From NCBI GenBank assembly GCA_964016885.1, contig OZ024742.1, positions 167,524,001-167,588,000 on the forward strand: a DNA stretch of 64,000 nt, written 5' to 3'. Of the stretch, positions 22,961-37,200 are shown piece after piece. A program made the position numbers and the translations under genes. The number at the start of each line of letters is the position of its first letter. Positions within the stretch are counted from its first letter, which is position 1. A model generated the notes under the pieces. That model was not told the origin of the DNA and did not search any database. It saw only the letters and a program-made list of their open reading frames with translations. This DNA comes from Eledone cirrhosa (Eukaryota).

Positions 22961-25900
22961 AATTTCCAGCCAGCCAAGGGGAGATAATTTGTAAAAAAAT
23001 CAGGGGGAGATAATTTGTAAAAAAAATCAGGGGGAGATAATTTGTAAAAAAAAATCAGGGGGAGATAATTTGTAAAAAAAAATCAGGGGGAGATAATTTG
23101 TAAAAAAAAATCAGGGGGAGATAATTTCCAGCCGTCCAAGGGGAGATAATTTTCAGCCGTCCAAGGGTAGATAATATCCAGCCGTCCAAGTAGACATTTT
23201 CCAGCCGTCCAAGGAGAGGTAATTTCTAGCCGTCCAAGGGGAGATAAATTCCAGCCTCCAAGGGAAGATAATTTCCAGCCAGCCAAGGGGAGATAATTTG
23301 TAAAAAAATCAGGGGGAGATAATTTGTAAAAAAAATCAGGGGGAGATAATTTGTAAAAAAAAATCAGGTGGAGATAATTTGTAAAAAAAAATCAGGGGGA
23401 GATAATTTGTAAAAAAAATCAAGGGGAGATAATTTCCAGCCGTCCAAGGGGAGATAATTTTCAGCCGTCCAAGGGGAGATAATTTCCAGCCGTCCAAGGG
23501 GAGATAATTTCCATCCTTCCAAGGGGAGATAATTTCCAGCCGTCCAAGGGGAGATAATTTTCAGCCGTCCAAGGGGAGATAATTTCCAGCCGTCCAAGGG
23601 GAGATAATTTCCAGCCGTCCAAGGGGAAATAATTTTTTAAAAAAAATCAGGCGGAGATAATTTGTAAAAAAAATTAGGGGGAGATAATTTGTAAAAAAAA
23701 ATCAGGGGGAGATAATTTGTAAAAAAAAATCAGGGGGAGATAATTTCCAGCCGTCCAAGGTAAGATAATTTCCAGCCCTCCAAGGGGCTATAATTTCCAG
23801 CATCCAAGGGGAGATAATTTCCAGCCGTCCAAGGGTAGATAATATCCAGCCGTCCAAGTAGACATATTTTCCAGCCGTCCAAGGAGAGGTAATTTCTAGC
23901 CGTCCAAGGGGAGATAAATTCCAGCCTCCAAGGGGAGATAATTTAGAGCCAGCCAAGGGGAGATAATTTGTAAAAAAATCAGGGGGAGATAATTTGTAAA
24001 AAAAATCAGGGGGAGATAATTTGTAAAAAAAAATCAGGGGGAGATAATTTGTAAAAAAAAATTAGGGGGAGATAATTTGTAAAAAAAAATCAGGGGGAGA
24101 TAATTTCCAGCCGTCCAAGGGGAGATAATTTTCAGCCGTCCAAGGGTAGATAATATCCAGCCGTCCAAGTAGACATTTTCCAGCCGTCCAAGGAGAGGTA
24201 ATTTCTAGCCGTCCAAGGGGAGATAAATTCCAGCCTCCAAGGGGAGATAATTTCCAGCCAGCCAAGGGGAGATAATTTGTAAAAAAATCAGGGGGAGATA
24301 ATTTGTAAAAAAAAATCAGGGGGAGATAATTTGTAAAAAAAAATCAGGGGGAGATAATTTGTAAAAAAAAATCAGGGGGAGATAATTTGTAAAAAAAATC
24401 AAGGGGAGATAATTTCCAGCCGTCCAAGGGGAGATAATTTTCAGCCGTCCAAGGGGAGATAATTTCCAGCCGTCCAAGGGGAGATAATTTCCATCCTTCC
24501 AAGGGGAGATAATTTCCAGCCGTCCAAGGGGAGATAATTTTCAGTCGTCCAAGGGGAGATAATTTCCCGCCAGCCAAGGGAAGATAATATTTTTAAAAAT
24601 CAGGCGGAGATAATTTGTAAAAAAAATCAGGGGGAGATAATTTGTAAAAAAATCAGGGGGAGATAATTTGTAAAAAAAAAATCAGGGGGAGATAATTTGT
24701 AAAAAAAATCAGGGGGAGATAATTTGTAAAAAAAAAATCAGGGGTAGATAATTTGTAAAAAAAAATCAGGGGGAGATAATTTGTAAAAAAAAAATCAGGG
24801 GGAGATAATTTGTAAAAAAATCAGGGGGAGATAATTTGTAAAAAAAAATCAGGGGGAGATAATTTCCAGCCGTCCAAGGGGAGATAATTTTCAGCCGTCC
24901 AAGGGGAGATAATTTCCCGCCAGCCAAGGGAAGATAATATTTAAAAAAATCAGGCGGAGATAATTTGTAAAAAAAATCAGGGGGAGATAATTTGTAAAAA
25001 AATCAGGGGGAGATAATTTGTAAAAAAAATCAAGGGGAGATAATTTCCAGCCGTCCAAGGGGAGGTAATATCTAGCCGTCCAAGGGGAGATAATTTCCAG
25101 CCGTCCAACAGGAGATAATTTCCAGCCGTCCAAGGGTAGATAATATCCAGCCGTCCAAGGAGACATATTTTCCAGCCGTCCAAGGAGAGGTAATTTCTAG
25201 CCGTCCAAGGGGAGATAAATTCCAGCCTCCAAGGGGAGATAATTTCCAGCCAGCCAAGGGGAGATAATTTGTAAAAAAAATCAGGGGGAGATAATTTGTA
25301 AAAAAAAAATCAGGGGGAGATAATTTGTAAAAAAAAAATCAGGGGTAGATAATTTGTAAAAAAAATCAGGGGGAGATAATTTGTAAAAAAATCAGGGGGA
25401 GATAATTTGTAAAAAAAAAATCAGGGGTAGATAATTTGTAAAAAAAAATCAGGGGGAGATAATTTGTAGCCGTCCAAGGGGAGATAATTTTCAGCCGTCC
25501 AAGGAGAGGTAATTTCTAGACGTCCAAGGGGAGATAATTTCCAGCCGTCCAAGGGGAGATAATTTCCAGCCGTCCAAGGGTAGATAATATCCAGCCGTCC
25601 AAGGAGACATATTTTCCAGCTTTCCAAGGAGAGGTAATTTCTATCCGTCCAAGGGGAGATAAATTCCAGCCTCCAAGGGGAGATAATTTCCAGCCAGCCA
25701 AGGGAAGGAAATATTTAAAAAAATCAGGCGGAGATAATTTGTAAAAAAAATCAGGGGGAGATAATTTGTAAAAAAATCAGGGGGAGATAATTTGTAAAAA
25801 AAAAATCAGGGGGAGATAATTTGTAAAAAAAAATCAGGGGTAGATGATTTGTAAAAAAAAATCAGGGGGAGATAATTTGTAAAAAAAAATCAGGGGGAGA

Positions 25901-28450
25901 TAATTTGTAAAAAAAATCAAGGGGAGATAATTTCCAGCCGTCCAAGGAGAGATAATTTTTAAAAAAAATCAGGCGGAGATAATTTGTAAAAAAAATCAAG
26001 GGGAGATAATTTGTAAAAAAAAATCAGGGGGAGATAATTTGTAAAAAAAATCAAGGGGAGATAATTTCCAGCCGTCCAAGGGAAGATAATTTCCAGCACT
26101 CCAAGGGGCTATAATTTCCAGTGTCCAAGGGGAGATAATTTCCAGCCAGCGAAGGGGAGATAATTTTTTTAAAAAAATCAGGGGGAGATATGTAAAAAAA
26201 ATCAGAGGGAGATAATTTCCAGCCGTCCAAAGAGAGATAATTTCTAGCCGTCCAAGGGGAGAAAATTTGCAGCCAAGGGGAGATAATTTCCAGCCGTCCA
26301 AGGGGAGATAATTTTTTAAAAAATCAGGGGGAGATAATTTGTAAAAACAAAATCAAGGGCAGATAATTTCCAGCTGTCCAAGGGGAGATAGTTTCCAGCC
26401 GTGCAAGGGGAGATAATTTCCAGCCGTCCAAGGGGAGATAATTTCCATACTTCCAAGGGGAGATAATTTCCAGCCGTCCAAGGGGAGATAATTTCCCGCC
26501 AGCCAAGGGAAGATAATTTGTAAAAAAATCAGGGGGAGATAATTTGTAAAAAAAAAATCAGGGGGAGATAATTTGTAAAAAAAAAATCAGGGGTAGATAA
26601 TTTGTAAAAAAAATCAGGGGGAGATAATTTGTAAAAAAATCAGGGGGAGATAATTTGTAAAAAAAAAATCAGGGGTAGATAATTTGTAAAAAAAAATCAG
26701 GGGGAGATAATTTGTAGCCGTCCAAGGGGAGATAATTTTCAGCCGTCCAAGGAGAGGTAATTTCTAGACGTCCAAGGGGAGATAATTTCCAGCCAGCCAA
26801 GGGGAGATAATTTGTAAAAAAATCAGGGGGAGATAATTTGTAAAAAAAATCAGGGGGAGATAATTTGTAAAAAAAAATCAGGGGGAGATAATTTGTAAAA
26901 AAAAATCAGGGGGAGATAATTTCCAGCCGTCCAAGGTAAGATAATTTCCAGCCCTCCAAGGGGCTATAATTTCCAGCATCCAAGGGGAGATAATTTCCAG
27001 CCGTCCAAGGGTAGATAATATCCAGCCGTCCAAGTAGACATATTTTCCAGCCGTCCAAGGAGAGGTAATTTCTAGCCGTCCAAGGGGAGATAAATTCCAG
27101 CCTCCAAGGGGAGATAATTTCCAGCCAGCCAAGGGGAGATAATTTGTAAAAAAATCAGGGGGAGATAATTTGTAAAAAAAATCAGGGGGAGATAATTTGT
27201 AAAAAAAAATCAGGGGGAGATAATTTGTAAAAAAAAATTAGGGGGAGATAATTTGTAAAAAAAAATCAGGGGGAGATAATTTCCAGCCGTCCAAGGGGAG
27301 ATAATTTTCAGCCGTCCAAGGGTAGATAATATCCAGCCGTCCAAGTAGACATTTTCCAGCCGTCCAAGGAGAGGTAATTTCTAGCCGTCCAAGGGGAGAT
27401 AAATTCCAGCCTCCAAGGGGAGATAATTTCCAGCCAGCCAAGGGGAGATAATTTGTAAAAAAATCAGGGGGAGATAATTTGTAAAAAAAAATCAGGGGGA
27501 GATAATTTGTAAAAAAAAATCAGGGGGAGATAATTTGTAAAAAAAAATCAGGGGGAGATAATTTGTAAAAAAAATCAAGGGGAGATAATTTCCAGCCGTC
27601 CAAGGGGAGATAATTTTCAGCCGTCCAAGGGGAGATAATTTCCAGCCGTCCAAGGGGAGATAATTTCCATCCTTCCAAGGGGAGATAATTTCCAGCCGTC
27701 CAAGGGGAGATAATTTTCAGTCGTCCAAGGGGAGATAATTTCCCGCCAGCCAAGGGAAGATAATATTTTTAAAAATCAGGCGGAGATAATTTGTAAAAAA
27801 AATCAGGGGGAGATAATTTGTAAAAAAATCAGGGGGAGATAATTAGTAAAAAAAAAATCAGGGGGAGATAATTTGTAAAAAAAATCAGGGGGAGATAATT
27901 TGTAAAAAAAAAATCAGGGGTAGATAATTTGTAAAAAAAAATCAGGGGGAGATAATTTGTAAAAAAAAATCAGGGGGAGATAATTTGTAAAAAAATCAGG
28001 GGGAGATAATTTGTAAAAAAAAATCAGGGGGAGATAATTTCCAGCCGTCCAAGGGGAGATAATTTTCAGCCATCCAAGGGGAGATAATTTCCCGCCAGCC
28101 AAGGGAAGATAATATTTAAAAAAATCAGGCGGAGATAATTTGTAAAAAAAATCAGGGGGAGATAATTTGTAAAAAAATCAGGGGGAGATAATTTGTAAAA
28201 AAAATCAAGGGGAGATAATTTCCAGCCGTCCAAGGGGAGGTAATATCTAGCCGTCCAAGGGGAGATAATTTCCAGCCGTCCAACAGGAGATAATTTCCAG
28301 CCGTCCAAGGGTAGATAATATCCAGCCGTCCAAGGAGACATATTTTCCAGCCGTCCAAGGAGAGGTAATTTCTAGCCGTCCAAGGGGAGATAAATTCCAG
28401 CCTCCAAGGGGAGATAATTTCCAGCCAGCCAAGGGGAGATAATTTGTAAA
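21450..28450 (+). repeat. Tandem duplication, offset 3822 then 3176 (646-bp indel)
   Basis: ORF pairs 21599/25421, 22502/26324 (3822) and 23702/26878, 24344/27520 (3176). Confidence 0.85.
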
Positions 28451-31269
28451 AAAAATCAGGGGGAGATAATTTGTAAAAAAAATCAGGGGGAGATAATTTG
28501 TAAAAAAAATCAGGGGGAGATAATTTGTAAAAAAAAATCAGGGGGAGATAATTTGTAAAAAAAATCAGGGGGAGATAATTTGTAAAAAAAATCAAGGGGA
28601 GATAATTTCCAGCCGTCCAAGGGGAGATAATTTTCAGCCGTCCAAGGGGAGATAATTTCCCGCCAGCCAAGGGAAGATAATATTTAAAAAATGAGGCGGA
28701 GATAATTTGTAAAAAAATCAGGGGGAGATAATTTGTAAAAAAAAAATCAGGGGGAGATAATTTGTAAAAAAAATCAGGGGGAGATAATTTGTAAAAAAAA
28801 ATCAGGGGTAGATAATTTGTAAAAAAAAATCAGGGGGAGATAATTTGTAAAAAAAATCAAGGGGAGATAATTTCCAGCCGTCCAAGGGAAGATAATTTCA
28901 AGCCCTCCAAGGGGCTATAATTTCCAGTGTCCAAGGGGAGATAATTTCCAGCCAGCGAAGGGGAGATAATTTTTTTTAAAAATCAGGGGGAGATTTGTAA
29001 AAAAAATCAGGGGGAGATAATTTGTAAAAAAAATCAAGGGGAGATAATTTCCAGCCGTCGAAGGGAAGATAATTTCCAGCCCTCCAAGGGGCTATAATTT
29101 CCAGCGTCCAAGGGGAGATAATTTCCAGCCAGCGAAGGGGAGATGATTTTTTTAAAAAAATCATTGGGAGATTTGTAAAAAAAATCAGGGAGAGATAATT
29201 TGTAAAAAAAATCAAGGGGAGATAATTTCCAGCCGTCCAAGGGGAGGTAATATCTAGCCGTCCAAGGGGAGATAATTTCCAGCCGTCCAAGGGGAGATAA
29301 TTTCCAGCCGTCCAAGGGTAGATAATATCCAGCCGTCCAAGTAGACATTTTCCAGCCGTCCAAGGAGAGGTAATTTCTAGCCGTCCAAGGGGAGATAAAT
29401 TCCAGCCTCCAAGGGGAGATAATTTCCAGCCAGCCAAGGGGAGATAATTTGTAAAAAAATCAGGGGGAGATAATTTGTAAAAAAATCAGGGGGAGATAAT
29501 TTGTAAAAAAAAATCAGGGGGAGATAATTTGTAAAAAAAAATCAGGGGGAGATAATTTGTAAAAAAAAATCAGGGGGAGATAATTTGTAAAAAAAATCAA
29601 GGGGAGATAATTTCCAGCCGTCCAAGGGGAGATAATTTTCAGCCGTCCAAGGGGAGATAATTTCCAGCCGTCCAAGGGGAGATAATTTCCATCCTTCCAA
29701 GGGGAGATAATTTCCAGCCGTCCAAGGGGAGATAATTTCCCGCCAGCCAAGGTAAGATAATTTTTAAAAAAATCAGGCGGAGATTGTAAAAAAAATCAGG
29801 GGGAGATAATTTGTAAAAAAATCAGGGGGAGATAATTTGTAAAAAAAAAATCAGGGGGAGACAATTTGTAAAAAAAATCAGGGGGAAATAATTTGTAAAA
29901 AAAAATCAAGGGGAGATAATTTGTACAAAAAATCAGGGGTATATAATTTGTAAAAAAAATCAGGGGGAGATAATTTGTAAAAAAAAATCAGGGGGAGATA
30001 ATTTGTAAAAAAAATCAAGGGGAGATAATTTGCAGCCGTCCAAGGGGAGATAATTTTAAGCCGTCCAAGGAGAGGTAATTTCTAGCCGTCCAAGGTGAGA
30101 TAATATCCAGCCGTCCAAGGGGAGATAATTTTTAAAAAAAAACAGGCGAAGATAATTTGTAAAAAAAAAATCAGGGGGAGATAATTTGTAAAAAAAAATC
30201 AGGGGGAGATAATTTGTAAAAAAAAATCAGGGGGAGGTAATTTGTAAAAAAAATCAAGGGGAGATAATTTCCAGCCGTCCAAGGGAAGATAATTTCCAGC
30301 CCTCCAAGGGGCTATAATTTCCAGCGTCCAAGGGGAGATAATTTCCAGCCAGCGAAGGGGAGATAATTTTTTTTTTTTTAAATCAGGGGAACATAATTTG
30401 TAAAAAAAATCAGGAGGAGATAATTTGTAAAAAAAATCAAGGGGAGATAATTTGTAAAAAAAAATCAGGGGGAGATAATTTGTAAAAAAAAATCAGGGGG
30501 AGATAATTTGTAAAAAAAATCAAGGGGAGATAATTTGTAAAAAAAAATCAAGGGGAGATAATTTCCAGCCGTCCAAGGGGAGATAATTTTAAGCCGTCCA
30601 AGGGGAGATAATTTCCCGCCAGCCAAGGAAAGATAATATTTAAAAAAATCAGGCGGAGATAATTTGTAAAAAAAATCAGGGGGAGATAATTTGTAAAAAA
30701 ATCAGGGGGAGATAATTTGTAAAAAAAAAATCAGGGGGAGAAAATTTGTAAAAAAAAATCAGGGGGAGATAATTTGTAGCCGTCCAAGGGGAGATAATTT
30801 TCAGCCGTCCAAGGAGAGGTAATTTCTAGACGTCCAAGGGGAGATAATTTCCAGCCGTCCAAGGGGAGATAATTTCCAGCCGTCCAAGGGTAGATAATAT
30901 CCAGCCGTCCAAGGAGACATATTTTCCAGCTTTCCAAGGAGAGGTAATTTCTATCCGTCCAAGGGGAGATAAATTCCAGCCTCCAAGGGGAGATAATTTC
31001 CAGCCAGCCAAGGGAAGGAAATATTTAAAAAAATCAGGCGGAGATAATTTGTAAAAAAAATCAGGGGGAGATAATTTGTAAAAAAATCAGGGGGAGATAA
31101 TTTGTAAAAAAAAAATCAGGGGGAGATAATTTGTAAAAAAAAATCAGGGGTAGATGATTTGTAAAAAAAAATCAGGGGGAGATAATTTGTAAAAAAAAAT
31201 CAGGGGGAGATAATTTGTAAAAAAAATCAAGGGGAGATAATTTCCAGCCGTCCAAGGAGAGATAATTTT

Positions 31270-34200
31270 TAAAAAAAATCAGGCGGAGATAATTTGTAAA
31301 AAAAATCAAGGGGAGATAATTTGTAAAAAAAAATCAGGGGGAGATAATTTGTAAAAAAAATCAAGGGGAGATAATTTCCAGCCGTCCAAGGGAAGATAAT
31401 TTCCAGCACTCCAAGGGGCTATAATTTCCAGTGTCCAAGGGGAGATAATTTCCAGCCAGCGAAGGGGAGATAATTTTTTTAAAAAAATCAGGGGGAGATA
31501 TGTAAAAAAAATCAGAGGGAGATAATTTCCAGCCGTCCAAAGAGAGATAATTTCTAGCCGTCCAAGGGGAGAAAATTTCCAGCCAAGGGGAGATAATTTC
31601 CAGCCGTCCAAGGGGAGATAATTTTTTAAAAAATCAGGGGGAGATAATTTGTAAAAACAAAATCAAGGGCAGATAATTTCCAGCTGTCCAAGGGGAGATA
31701 GTTTCCAGCCGTGCAAGGGGAGATAATTTCCAGCCGTCCAAGGGGAGATAATTTCCATACTTCCAAGGGGAGATAATTTCCAGCCGTCCAAGGGGAGATA
31801 ATTTCCCGCCAGCCAAGGGAAGATAATTTGTAAAAAAATCAGGGGGAGATAATTTGTAAAAAAAAAATCAGGGGGAGATAATTTGTAAAAAAAAAATCAG
31901 GGGTAGATAATTTGTAAAAAAAATCAGGGCTAGATAATTTGTAAAAAAAAATCAGGGGAAGATAATTTGTAAAAAAAAATCAGGGGGAGATAATTTGTAA
32001 AAAAATCAAGGGGAGATAATATGCAGCCGTCCAAGGGGAGATAATTTTCAGCCGTCCAAGGAGAGGTAATTTCTAGCCGTCCAAGGGGAGATAATTTCCA
32101 GCCGTCCAAGGGGAGATAATTTCCAGCCGTCCAAGGGGAGATAGTTTTTTTAAAAAATCAGCCGGAGATAATTTGTAAAAAAAAAATCAGGGGGAGATAA
32201 TTTGTAAAAAAAAATCAGAGGGAGATAATTTGTAAAAAAAAATCAGGGGGAGATAATTTGTAAAAAAAATCAAGGGGAGATAATTTCCAGCCCTCCAAGG
32301 GAAGATAATTTCCAGCCCTCGAAGGGGCTATAATTTCCAGCGTCCAAGGGGAGATAATTTCCAGCCAGCGAAGGGGAGATAATTTTTTTAAAAAAATCAT
32401 TGGGAGATTTGTAAAAAAAATCAGGGGGAGATAATTAGTAAAAAAAATCAAGGGGAGATAATTTCCAGCCGTCCAAGGGGAGGTAATATCTAGCCGTCCA
32501 AGGGGAGATAATTTCCAGCCGTCCAAGGGGAGATAATTTCCAGCCGTCCAAGGGTAGATAATATCCAGCCGTCCAAGTAGACATTTTCCAGCCGTCCAAG
32601 GAGAGGTAATTTCTAGCCGTCCAAGGGCAGATAAATTCCAGCCTCCAAGGGGAGATAATTTCCAGCCAGCCAAGGGGAGATAATTTGTAAAAAAATCAGG
32701 GGGAGATAATTTGTAAAAAAAATCAGGGGGAGATAATTTGTAAAAAAAAATCAGGGGGAGATAATTTGTAAAAAAAAATCAGGGGGAGATAATTTGTAAA
32801 AAAAAATCAGGGGGAGATAATTTGTAAAAAAAAATCAGGGGGAGATAATTTCTAAAAAAATCAAGGGGAGATAATTTCCAGCCGTCCAAGGGGAGATAAT
32901 TTTCAGCCGTCCAAGGGGAGATAATTTCCAGCCGTCCAAGGGGAGATAATTTCCATCCTTCCAAGGGGAGATAATTTCCAGCCGTCCAAGGGGAGATAAT
33001 TTTCAGCCGTCCAAGGGGAGATAATTTCCCGCCAGCCAAGGGAAGATAATATTTTAAAAAATCAGGCGGAGATAATTTGTAAAAAAAATCAGGGGGAGAT
33101 AATTTGTAAAAAAATCAGGGGGAGATAATTTGTAAAAAAAAAATCAGGGGGAGATAATTTGTAAAAAAAATCAGGGGGAGATAATTTGTAAAAAAAAATC
33201 AGGGGTAGATAATTTGTAAAAAAAAATCAGGGGGAGATAATTTGTAAAAAAAAAATCAGGGGGAGATAATTTGTAAAAAAAATCAAGGGGAGATAATTTC
33301 CAGCCGTCCAAGGAGAGATAATTTTTTAAAAAAATCAGGCGGAGATAATTTGTAAAAAAAAATCAAGGGGAGATAATTTGTAAAAAAAAATCAAGGGGAG
33401 ATAATTTGTAAAAAAAATCAAGGGGAGATAATTTCCAGCCGTCCAAGGGAAGATAATTTCCAGCACTCCAAGGGGCTATAATTTCCAGTGTCCAAGGGGA
33501 GATAATTTCCAGCCAGCGAAGGGGAGATAATTTTTTTTAAAAAATCAGGGGGAGATATGTAAAAAAAATCAGAGGGAGATAATTTCTAAAAAAAATCAAA
33601 GGGAGATAATTTCCAGCCGTCCAAAGAGAGATAATTTCTAGCCGTCCAAGGGGAGATAATTTCCAGCCAAGGGGAGATAATTTCCAGCCGTCCAAGGGGA
33701 GATAATTATTTAAAAAATCAGGTGGAGATAATTTGTAAAAAAAATCAGGGGGAGATAATTTGTAAAAACAAAATCAAGGGCAGATAATTTCCAGCTGTCC
33801 AAGGGGAGATAATTTCCAGCCGTGCAAGGGGAGATAATTTCCAGCCGTCCAAGGGGAGATAATTTCCATCCTTCCAAGGGGAGATAATGTCCAGCCGTCC
33901 AAGGGGAGATAATTTCCCGCCAGCCAAGGGAAGATAATTTTTAAAAAAATCAGGCGGAGATTGTAAAAAAAATCAGGGGGAGATAATTTGTAAAAAAAAA
34001 ATCAGGGGGAGATAATTTGTAAAAAAAATCAGGGGTAGATAATTTGTAAAAAAAAATCAGGGGGAGATAATTTGTAAAAAAAAATCAGGGGGAGATAATT
34101 TCTAAAAAAATCAAGGGGAGATAATATGCAGCCGTCCAAGGGGAGATAATTTTCAGCCGTCCAAGGAGAGGTAATTTCTAGCCGTCCAAGGGGAGATAAT

Positions 34201-37200
34201 TTCCAGCCGTCCAAGGGGAGATAATTTCCAGCCGTCCAAGGGGAGATAGTTTTTTTAAAAAAATCAGGCGGAGATAATTTGTAAAAAAAAAATCAGGGGG
34301 AGATAATTTGTAAAAAAAAATCAGGGGGAGATAATTTGTGAAAAAAAAATCAGGGGGAGATAATTTGTAAAAAAAATCAGGGGGAGATAATTAGTAAAAA
34401 AAATCAAGGGGAGATAATTTCCAGCCGTCCAAGGGGAGGTAATATCTAGCCGTCCAAGGGGAGATAATTTCCAGCCGTCCAAGGGGAGATAATTTCCAGC
34501 CGTCCAAGGGTAGATAATATCCAGCCGTCCAAGTAGACATATTTTCCAGCCGTCCAAGGAGAGGTAATTTCTAGCCGTCCAAGGGGAGATAAATTCCAGC
34601 CTCCAAGGGGAGATAATTTCCAGCCAGCCAAGGGGAGATAATTTGTAAAAAAATCAGGGGAGATAATTTGTAAAAAAAATCAGGGGGAGATAATTTGTAA
34701 AAAAAAATCAGGGGGAGATAATTTGTAAAAAAAAATCAGGGGGAGATAATTTGTAAAAAAAATCAGGGGGAGATAATTTGTAAAAAAAAATCAGGGGGAG
34801 ATAATTTGTAAAAAAAAATCAGGGGGAGATAATTTGTAAAAAAAAATCAGGGGGAGATAATTTGTAAAAAAAATCAAGGGGAGATAATATGCAGCCGTCC
34901 AAGGGGAGATAATTTTCAGCCGTCCAAGGAGAGGTAATTTCTAGCCGTCCAAGGGGAGATAATTTCCAGCCGTCCAAGGGGAGATAATTTCCAGCCGTCC
35001 AAGGGGAGATAGTTTTTTTAAAAAATCAGCCGGAGATAATTTGTAAAAAAAAAATCAGGGGGAGATAATTTGTAAAAAAAAATCAGGGGGAGATAATTTG
35101 TAAAAAAAAATCAGGGGGAGATAATTTGTAAAAAAAATCAAGGGGAGATAATTTCCAGCCGTCCAAGGGGAGATAATTTCCAGCCGTCCAAGGGGAGGTA
35201 ATATCTAGCCGTCCAAGGGGAGATAATTTCCAGCCGTCCAAGAGGAGATAATTTCCAGCCGTCCAAGGGTAGATAATATCCAGCCGTCCAAGGAGACATA
35301 TTTTCCAGCCGTCCAAGGAGAGGTAATTTCTAGCCGTCCAAGGGGAGATAAATTCCAGCCTCCAAGGGGAGATAATTTGTAAAAAAATCAGGGGGAGATA
35401 ATTTGTAAAAAAAATCAGGGGGAGATAATTTGTAAAAAAAAATCAGGGGGAGATAATTTGTAAAAAAAATCAGGGGGAGATAATTTGTAAAAAAAAATCA
35501 AGGGGAGATAATTTCCAGCCGTCCAAGGGGAGATAATTTTCAGCCGCCCAAGGGGAGATAATTTCCCGCCAGCCAAGGGAAGATAATATTTAAAAAATCA
35601 GGCGGAGATAATTTGTAAAAAAAATCAGGGGGAGATAATTTGTAAAAAAATCAGGGGGAGATAATTTGTAAAAAAAAAATCAGGGGGAGATAATTTGTAA
35701 AAAAAATCAGGGGGAGATGATTTGTAAAAAAAATCAGGGGTAGATAATTTGTAAAAAGAAATCAGGGGGAGATAATTTGTAAAAAAAAATCAGGGGGAGA
35801 TAATTTGTAAAAAAAATCAAGAGGAGATAATTTCCAGCCGTCGAAGGGAAGATAGTTTCCAGCCCTCCAAGGGGCTATAATTTCCAGCGTCCAAGGGGAG
35901 ATAATTTCCAGCCAGCGAAGGGGAGATAATTTTTTAAAAAAATCATTGGGAGATTTGTAAAAAAAATCAGGGGGAGATAATTGGTAAAAAAAATCAAGGG
36001 GAGATAATTTCCAGCCGTCCAAGGGGAGGTAATATCTAGCCGTCCAAGGGGAGATAATTTCCAGCCGTCCAAGGGGAGATAATTTCCAGCCGTCCAAGGG
36101 TAGATAATATCCAGCCGTCCAAGTAGACATTTTCCAGCCGTCCAAGGAGAGGTAATTTCTAGCCGTCCAAGGGGAGATAAATTCCAGCCTCCAAGGGGAG
36201 ATAATTTCCAGCCAGCCAAGGGGAGATAATTTGTAAAAAAATCAGGGGGAGATAATTTGTAAAAAAAATCAGGGGGAGATAATTTGTAAAAAAAATCAAG
36301 GGGAGATAATTTCCAGCCGTCCAAGGGGAGATAATTTTCAGCCGTCCAAGGGGAGATAATTTCCCGCCAGCCAAGGGAAGATAATATTTAAAAAAATCAG
36401 GCGGAGATAATTTGTAAAAAAAATCAGGGGGAGATAATTTGTAAAAAAATCAGGGGGAGTTAATTTGTAAAAAAAAAATCAGGGGGAGATAATTTGTAAA
36501 AAAAATCAGGGGGAGATAATTTGTAAAAAAAAATCAGGGGGAGATAATTTGTAAAAAAAAATCAGGGGGAGATAATTTGTAAAAAAAATCAAGGGGAGAT
36601 AATTTCCAGCCGTCCAAGGAGAGATAATTTAAAAAAAAAATCAGGCGGAGATAATTTGTAAAAAAAAATCAAGGGGAGATAATTTGTAAAAAAAAATCAG
36701 GGGGAGATAATTTGTAAAAAAAATCAAGGGGAGATAATTTCCAGCCGTCCAAGGGAAGATAATTTCCAGCACTCCAAGGGGCTATAATTTCCAGTGTCCA
36801 AGGGGAGATAATTTCCAGCCAGCGAAGGGGAGATAATTTTTTTTAAAAAATCAGGGGGAGATATGTAAAAAAAATCAGAGGGAGATAATTTCTAAAAAAA
36901 ATCAAAGGGAGATAATTTCCAGCCGTCCAAAGAGAGATAATTTCTAGCCGTCCAAGGGGAGATAATTTCCAGCCAAGGGGAGATAATATCCAGCCGTCCA
37001 AGGGGAGATAATTTTTTAAAAAATCAGGTGGAGATAATTTGTAAAAAAAATCAGGGGGAGATAATTTGTAAAAACAAAATCAAGGGCAGATAATTTCCAG
37101 CTGTCCAAGGGGAGATAATTTCCAGCCGTGCAAGGGGAGATAATTTCCAGCCGTCCAAGGGGAGATAATTTCCATCCTTCCAAGGGGAGATAATCTCCAG

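Larger units (their letters stand above)
20215..33912 (+). repeat. Copy 1 of a >=13.7-kb near-identical segment (offset 30088)
   Basis: Nearly every ORF from 20351 to 32779 has a twin at +30088. Private variants shared, e.g. ATTTAGAGCC ~23941/54029, CAGGAGGAG 30411/60499, CAAGGGCAGATAAA ~32622/62710. Confidence 0.96.
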